Assembly (NCBI GenBank): GCA_965224465.1
Contig: OZ245049.1
Coordinates: 30,001 to 62,000, forward strand
DNA length: 32,000 bases
Direction of reading: 5' to 3'
Source of the DNA: Flavobacteriaceae bacterium
GTDB lineage: Bacteria > Bacteroidota > Bacteroidia > Flavobacteriales > Flavobacteriaceae
Positions 27,372-32,000 of the stretch are shown here, one piece after another (positions within the stretch are counted from its first letter, which is position 1; each line of letters opens with the position of its first letter). Below the pieces are notes generated by a model. The model ran no database searches and was not told the DNA's origin. It saw only the letters and a program-made list of their open reading frames with translations. A program made the translations under genes and the position numbers.

Positions 27372-28235
27372 ATGAGTGAAATAAAAATATTCCAAGCTAA
27401 AGACAATAAAGTTGAAGTTACTGTTCAATTTGATAACGAAACTGTATGGTTAAATAGGAATCAACTTGCTACTTTATTTGATAGAGATGTAAAGACTATT
27501 GGTAAACATATAACTAATGTTTTTAAAGAAGGTGAATTAAGTAAAGAAGCAACTGTCTCAAAATATGCGACAGTTCAGAAAGAAGGAGATAGAGAAGTAA
27601 CTAGAGAAGTAGCACATTATAATCTAGATGTAATAATATCTGTAGGTTATAGAGTTAAATCACAAAGAGGTACACAATTTAGAATATGGGCAAGTAGTAT
27701 TTTAAAAGACTTTTTAGTAAAAGGATATAGTGTTAACGAAAAAAGATTGACTCAAAAAGAACAAGAAATACAAATATTAAAAGATGGTATCACCATTTTA
27801 AGTAGAGCTATTGAAGAAAAGACAGAAAATAATGAATGGTTAACAATTTTCGCTAAAGGACTAAGCTTATTAGATGATTACGACCACGAAGAATTAGATG
27901 CTAAAGGATTAACTACAACAGAAGCAAATTACCCTAGTTTAGAAGATTATCAAAAAATAATCAATCAAATGCTAGCAGAATTTGATAGTGATGTGTTTGG
28001 AAAAGAAAAAGACAAAAGTTTTCAAAGTTCTGTAGCACAAATAACGAAAGGGTTTGGAGCAAATGATTTTTATACTTCATTGGAAGAAAAAGCAGCAATG
28101 CTTTTATATTTAGTGGTAAAAAACCATTCGTTTGTAGATGGCAATAAACGAATAGCAGCAGCTTGTTTTCTGAAATTTTTACAACAAAACAATATGCTTT
28201 TTAATAGTAAGCGTACGGAGAACTACATCTTGTAA
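27372..28235 (+). pseudogene. RhuM-family / Doc (Fic-fold) fusion gene, interrupted at codon 279 by IS66
   Basis: N-terminus IKIFQAKDNKVEVTVQFDNETVWLNRNQLATLF..VGYRVKSQRGTQFRIWAS (RhuM). C-terminus HSFVDGNKRIAAA (Doc-type HxFxDGNKR). From 28207 the reading frame runs into the IS end, giving a chimeric ..KRTENYIL tail. Confidence 0.85.
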
Positions 28236-28285
28236 GAAGTTAAAAATAATCTAATTTTTGCATCTAAACAAAAACGAAAATATAA

Positions 28286-28639
28286 ATGTTAGGATTAGGT
28301 ACAGAACACACGTATTATTATCACTTATCTGCAGTTGATATGCGAAAAGGATTTAATGGATTAAGTGGATTAGTTAGTGAGCACATGGAACAAGAGCGAG
28401 ATAGAAATAGTGTTTATGCATTTATCAATAAGCAAAAAAATAAACTAAAACTTCTTCATTGGCGACCTGGAGGATTTGTACTGTATTATAAACGATTGGA
28501 ACGAGGTATTTTTGAGCTTCCAAAATACGACATTGAAGATGGATTAGTAGTTTTGAGTTATACCCAAATGGTTATGGTTTTAGACGGAATTAGTATTATA
28601 AATACTCAGAAAAACGAACGTTATTTAGAGGCTAAATAA
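28286..28639 (+). CDS. tnpB: IS66 family accessory protein TnpB (Orf2)
   Basis: 117 aa with DMRKGFNGLSGLV and LKLLHWRPGGFVLYYKRLE, typical of IS66 Orf2. Confidence 0.85.
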   Translation: MLGLGTEHTYYYHLSAVDMRKGFNGLSGLVSEHMEQERDRNSVYAFINKQKNKLKLLHWRPGGFVLYYKRLERGIFELPKYDIEDGLVVLSYTQMVMVLDGISIINTQKNERYLEAK

Positions 28640-28682
28640 TTCAATAAAACTGTAGGTTTTACCTGCTATTTAGTCTTGTTTT

Positions 28683-30185
28683 TTGTATATTTATAGTGTG
28701 GAAAACAATACAATAGACATACAAAAAGAGCTGGTAATTTTAAAGATTGAACTTGAAAAAACAGCTCAAGAACTAGCTGAAATTAAGCAGCAATACGAGC
28801 AGCTTAAAAGAATGGTTTTCGGGTCTAAAAGCGAACGTTTTATCCCTGTTGACACAAATCAATTGTCGCTTTTCGGAAAAATAATAGCTGAGAAAGAAGA
28901 GGCATACAAAAAACATATTGTAATCTACGAAAGAAAACAAAAGAAGAAAGGAAAGAAAAAACCTGTTCGCTCTTCTATACCTGCGCATTTTCCGCGAGTA
29001 GAAGAGATTATAGAGCCTAAGCACATAGAAGAAGGAGCTGTAAAAATAGGAGAAGAAGTTACAGAACTTTTAGAAATAACGCCTCTTTCCGTTTTTGTAA
29101 GACGAATTGTAAGACCTAAATATGCACTTCCGGAAGAAAAAGGCGTTGTTATAGCAGAATTACCAAGCTTACCGATACCTAAAGGAAATGCATCAGCAAG
29201 TTTATTGGCCTTTATACTTATTTCAAAATTTGTAGACCATTTACCACTTTACAGATTAATTCAAATTTTTAAACGACAAGATTTAAAAGTAAGTAAATCA
29301 ACAATTGGAGGATGGGTATCTAAAAGTTCGGAGCTTATCGCTCCTTTATACGATACATTTAAGGCTCAGTTTTTAGAAAATGCCAATTATATTCAAGCAG
29401 ACGAATCTCCTATAAAGGTTTTAGATAAAGACAAGAAAAAATCAACACACAGAGGGTATATGTGGGTGTATCGAAATCCTGTTAAAAATTTAGTTCTTTT
29501 TGAATACAATAAAGGGAGAGGAAAAGTTGTTCCAGAAGAGTTTTTTAAAGATTTCAATGGGACACTACAGTCCGATGGGTATGCTGCATACCAAAACTTA
29601 ACAACAAAAGGAGAAATTACTCTTTTAGGTTGCATGGCTCATGCTAGGCGGTATTTTGAGAAGGCGCTGGATAATGATCCTAAAAGAGCGGATGTTGTTT
29701 TGTTGGAAATTCAAAAGCTATACAAGATAGAACGTAAAATAAAAGAACAAGAATTAACTATTGAGCAAACTAAAGCATATAGAGAAAAACATGCATCACC
29801 TGTTTTAGACGGAATAGAAATTTATCTTACAAAAGAGCGAAAAAACGTACTGCCTAAAAGTGCCATAGGAAAAGCAATTGCTTATACTCTTAAAATATGG
29901 CAAAACCTAAAACTATACATCGATGATGGCAGGTTTGAAATAGACAACAATAATATAGAAAATGCCATAAGACCTTTAGCTATTGGCAGAAAAAATTATC
30001 TCTTTGCTGGCAGTCATGAGTCCGCACAAAACATAGCTCTATTTTATAGCTTTTTTGCTACTTGCAAAAAGAATAACGTAAACCCACATACGTGGCTATG
30101 TGATGTCCTTAATAGATTACCAGAACATAAGGCTAATAAACTTTCGGAGTTACTGCCTCAAAATTGGAAGCCTGTTGATAAATAA
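28683..30185 (+). CDS. IS66 family transposase (TnpC)
   Basis: N-terminal leucine-zipper-like region followed by RMVFGSKSERF, and a DDE region (QADESPIKVL..LQSDGYAAY..LGCMAHARRYF). There is no in-frame ATG near the 5' end, so the start is probably the TTG at 28683 or the GTG at 28698. Confidence 0.85.
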   Translation: MYIYSVENNTIDIQKELVILKIELEKTAQELAEIKQQYEQLKRMVFGSKSERFIPVDTNQLSLFGKIIAEKEEAYKKHIVIYERKQKKKGKKKPVRSSIPAHFPRVEEIIEPKHIEEGAVKIGEEVTELLEITPLSVFVRRIVRPKYALPEEKGVVIAELPSLPIPKGNASASLLAFILISKFVDHLPLYRLIQIFKRQDLKVSKSTIGGWVSKSSELIAPLYDTFKAQFLENANYIQADESPIKVLDKDKKKSTHRGYMWVYRNPVKNLVLFEYNKGRGKVVPEEFFKDFNGTLQSDGYAAYQNLTTKGEITLLGCMAHARRYFEKALDNDPKRADVVLLEIQKLYKIERKIKEQELTIEQTKAYREKHASPVLDGIEIYLTKERKNVLPKSAIGKAIAYTLKIWQNLKLYIDDGRFEIDNNNIENAIRPLAIGRKNYLFAGSHESAQNIALFYSFFATCKKNNVNPHTWLCDVLNRLPEHKANKLSELLPQNWKPVDK

Positions 30186-30221
30186 TCAAGGGTGTACTTT
30201 ACCGTACGCTTACTTTTAATA

Positions 30222-30349
30222 GCCAACAACAACCAATAATTAGTAATGATACACTAGCCACTTTAACGCTGTTTATTGCTTCAAGTAAACCAGATGAAAT
30301 GGAAACAGTAAAACGATTAGTAATTAGCGTACTCAATAGAAATAAATAA
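30222..30349 (+). pseudogene. 3' fragment of the RhuM-Doc gene displaced by IS66
   Basis: Joining 28206 to 30222 restores the frame: ..QQNNMLFNS QQQPIISNDTLATLTLFIASSKPDEMETVKRLVISVLNRNK*. The reconstructed protein is 320 aa. Confidence 0.85.
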
Positions 30350-30396
30350 ATAAAATGACAGATGCAACTATAATATCAAAAATATGGAACCTTGTA

Positions 30397-30729
30397 CCCG
30401 CTGCGCAAAGTCTCCCGACTTAGCGCCACCATATTGCTCACATTATCAAAGAAAAAATATAAGAAGATTACATCGTAAGAGATCAAGAAAAGATACATTT
30501 TATTACAGCTACTGTTAAAGATGTAATTATAGAAAGCTTAGAGTTTTGTATTCAAGTGCAACAAATTATATAAACAATGAAGGGTTACTTCCAGTGACAC
30601 TTGTGGGCAATCCAGTAATTGATTATTAAAAACATCAACGATTAAGAAATTGAATCAAGAATAAAAATGAATGTAGGAAATTAACACATAAAAACAAAGC
30701 TCAAAGTCGGGAGACTTTGCGCAGCGGGT
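30397..30729 (+). mobile_element. Non-autonomous deletion derivative of the RAYT unit (~333 bp)
   Basis: Both terminal palindromes are present. The remnant coding sequence has two internal deletions (junctions GCTACTGTT|AAAGATGTAATT and TGTATTCAA|GTGCAACAAATT). Confidence 0.85.
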
Positions 30730-30735
30730 AGTTCG

Positions 30736-30793
30736 CCAAATGTATTACTTTTATGTTTGAAAAAAAATAAACATAAAAGTAATACATTTGGCT
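30736..30793. repeat. Second copy of the perfect 24-bp stem hairpin
   Basis: Same arms as 26308-26365. The loop differs by one base. Confidence 0.95.
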
Positions 30794-30872
30794 AATTGAT
30801 AAATGAAAATCAGTACTTTTAACTTGCCCTACGATTTTTTATACTGGGCGTTGTATATAACTAAAAAAGACT

Positions 30873-31499
30873 ATGAAAATAAAAATACTTGGAATTACAT
30901 TGGGTTTAATTGCCTTACTTAGTTGTAGTGAAAAAGCTGAAAATAAAGTAGAATTGCAAGAAGTTCAGAATGAAACACCTCAAGTACTTGACCAAAATAC
31001 TGATTACAAATTAAGCTCTATTTCCAAAAGATACAGTTCTGATATTATTTCAAAATTATATAATGAAGCTCTTGAGAAAAGTTCAAAACTCAATCAACTT
31101 AATGATGAAATAAATGGCGTTTTAGAAACTAAAAATGATAGCCTTTTAAATTACTCGAAATTTTCACAAACAAATACTAATTATTGGACAACAGCAAATA
31201 GTTATGTAAATCAGATACAAGATTCTGTTCTTAAAGAATCAACTCTTGAAGTTATCAAGGTTCTCGAATCAACATACAAGAATAAAATGTCTATTTACGA
31301 GCAGAAACTAATAGAAATTGACAAAAAGACAATCTCATTAAATGACCAATTGATATTAATGAAATTAGTTGTTACTGAGCCAATGATGAAAAATTATCAG
31401 CGAAATGAAAAACCTAACATTAAATCTTTAGAAATGATTATTAGTGAATATGACAGACTTATAAAAGAAACTGAAGAATACACTAATTTTGAAAAATAG
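30873..31499 (+). CDS. Hypothetical coiled-coil lipoprotein (copy 2)
   Basis: 208 aa. Differs from copy 1 at D22A and V90L plus one silent change seen by eye. Confidence 0.7.
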   Translation: MKIKILGITLGLIALLSCSEKAENKVELQEVQNETPQVLDQNTDYKLSSISKRYSSDIISKLYNEALEKSSKLNQLNDEINGVLETKNDSLLNYSKFSQTNTNYWTTANSYVNQIQDSVLKESTLEVIKVLESTYKNKMSIYEQKLIEIDKKTISLNDQLILMKLVVTEPMMKNYQRNEKPNIKSLEMIISEYDRLIKETEEYTNFEK

Positions 31500-31520
31500 C
31501 AACGTACAAACAACTAAGTT

Positions 31521-31863
31521 TCGCTGCGCAAAGTCTCCTGACTTAGCGCCACCATATTGCTCACATTAGCAAAGGAAAAAGAATTAAAAAATAAAAGAAG
31601 GTTACATCATAAGAGATCAAGAAAAGATACATTTTATTACAGCTACTGTTAAAGATGTAATTATAGAAGCTTAGAGTTTTGTATTCAAGTGCAACAAATT
31701 ATATAAACAATGAAGGATTACTTCGAGTGACACTTGTGGACAATCCAGTAATTGAAGTATTAAGAAAAGCATCGATTAAGAAATTAAATCAAGAATAAAA
31801 ATGAATGTAGGAAATTAACATATAAAAACAAAGCTCAAAGTCGGGAGACTTTGCGCAGCGGGG
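31521..31863 (+). mobile_element. Non-autonomous deletion derivative of the RAYT unit (~343 bp)
   Basis: Has the same two internal deletion junctions as the 30397-30729 copy, and both terminal palindromes are present. Confidence 0.85.
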
Positions 31864-31919
31864 AAAGAGGCCGAAAAAATTAAGAAAGTTTCACAAAAAA
31901 AAGAAGAAAGTAAAATGAG

Positions 31920-32000
31920 GCTGAATTCAAGTCACAAACGCAACTTTTAGTTAAATAATAATTGTTCCATTACAAATATAGGGTTTTGATATTTATGTCT
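31920..32000 (-). mobile_element. Second IS30 copy, inverted, truncated by the window edge
   Basis: 31920-32000 is the reverse complement of 12904-12984 (the right end of the IS30 at 11860-12984, including the transposase 3' end). Confidence 0.9.

Larger units (their letters stand above)
28207..30213 (+). mobile_element. IS66-family insertion sequence (two-ORF form) with 8-bp target site duplication
   Basis: Terminal inverted repeats GTAAGCGTACGG.. (28207) and ..CCGTACGCTTAC (30213). The direct repeat TTTTAATA lies immediately outside both ends (28199-28206 and 30214-30221). Confidence 0.9.

Noticed and set aside
28207-28286. IS66 element as a 5'-truncated copy, because the usual first ORF (tnpA/orf1) is missing
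   Set aside because: Both terminal inverted repeats and a perfect 8-bp target duplication are present. The element therefore looks complete, as a two-ORF IS66-family variant and not a truncated one.
1-32000. Search for tRNA, rRNA and tmRNA genes
   Set aside because: No GGTTCGAATCC-type T-arm sequences or rRNA-like conserved blocks were noticed on either strand. A covariance-model scan would be needed to be certain.

Overview
Visibly AT-rich sequence. The lipoprotein signals (LSC lipoboxes), TAnnTTTG-type promoter boxes and gene content look like a Bacteroidota (Flavobacteriia-like) chromosome; this taxonomic call is an inference. The window has three parts. (1) About 1-9100 is ordinary core-like DNA. 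It carries a DAACS-family symporter, a DCC-family thiol-disulfide oxidoreductase, a four-gene MacAB-like ABC efflux operon (ATPase, two FtsX permeases, HlyD adaptor), a small coiled-coil ORF, and an Lrp/AsnC regulator divergent from an SDR-type threonine-dehydrogenase-like gene. Its intergenic regions hold an 8-bp x 18.5 microsatellite and a 111-bp tandem repeat. (2) About 9100-25500 is a mosaic accessory region of unrelated genes separated by at least three dispersed repeat families. The genes are DUF3050, a GH18 lipoprotein, a LicC-like cytidylyltransferase plus CDP-alcohol phosphatidyltransferase operon, a TIM-barrel isomerase, a radical SAM enzyme, a Zn-ribbon/TM/transglutaminase-like protein, two YdeI paralogs, DJ-1/PfpI and an SDR. 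The repeats are F1/F2, which together form a MITE with terminal inverted repeats, and F3, a ~300-bp module with an identical TATATTTG promoter box that sits directly upstream of three consecutive unrelated genes. This part also holds an intact IS30 and a decayed group II intron. (3) About 25500-32000 is a tandemly duplicated unit made of a REP-flanked Y1 (RAYT-like) transposase element, a 24-bp perfect hairpin, a 208-aa lipoprotein gene, a non-autonomous RAYT derivative and a RhuM-Doc fusion gene. The first RhuM-Doc copy is split by an IS66-family element with a perfect 8-bp target duplication. The second is cut after codon 2 by an inverted second IS30 copy that runs off the window. No rRNA, tRNA or CRISPR array was seen. 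The best candidates for something undescribed are the promoter-bearing F3 repeat/cassette array with its radical-SAM and transglutaminase-like genes, and the RAYT element family with propagated deletion derivatives. All functional calls rest on motif recognition by eye and need HMM or BLAST confirmation.
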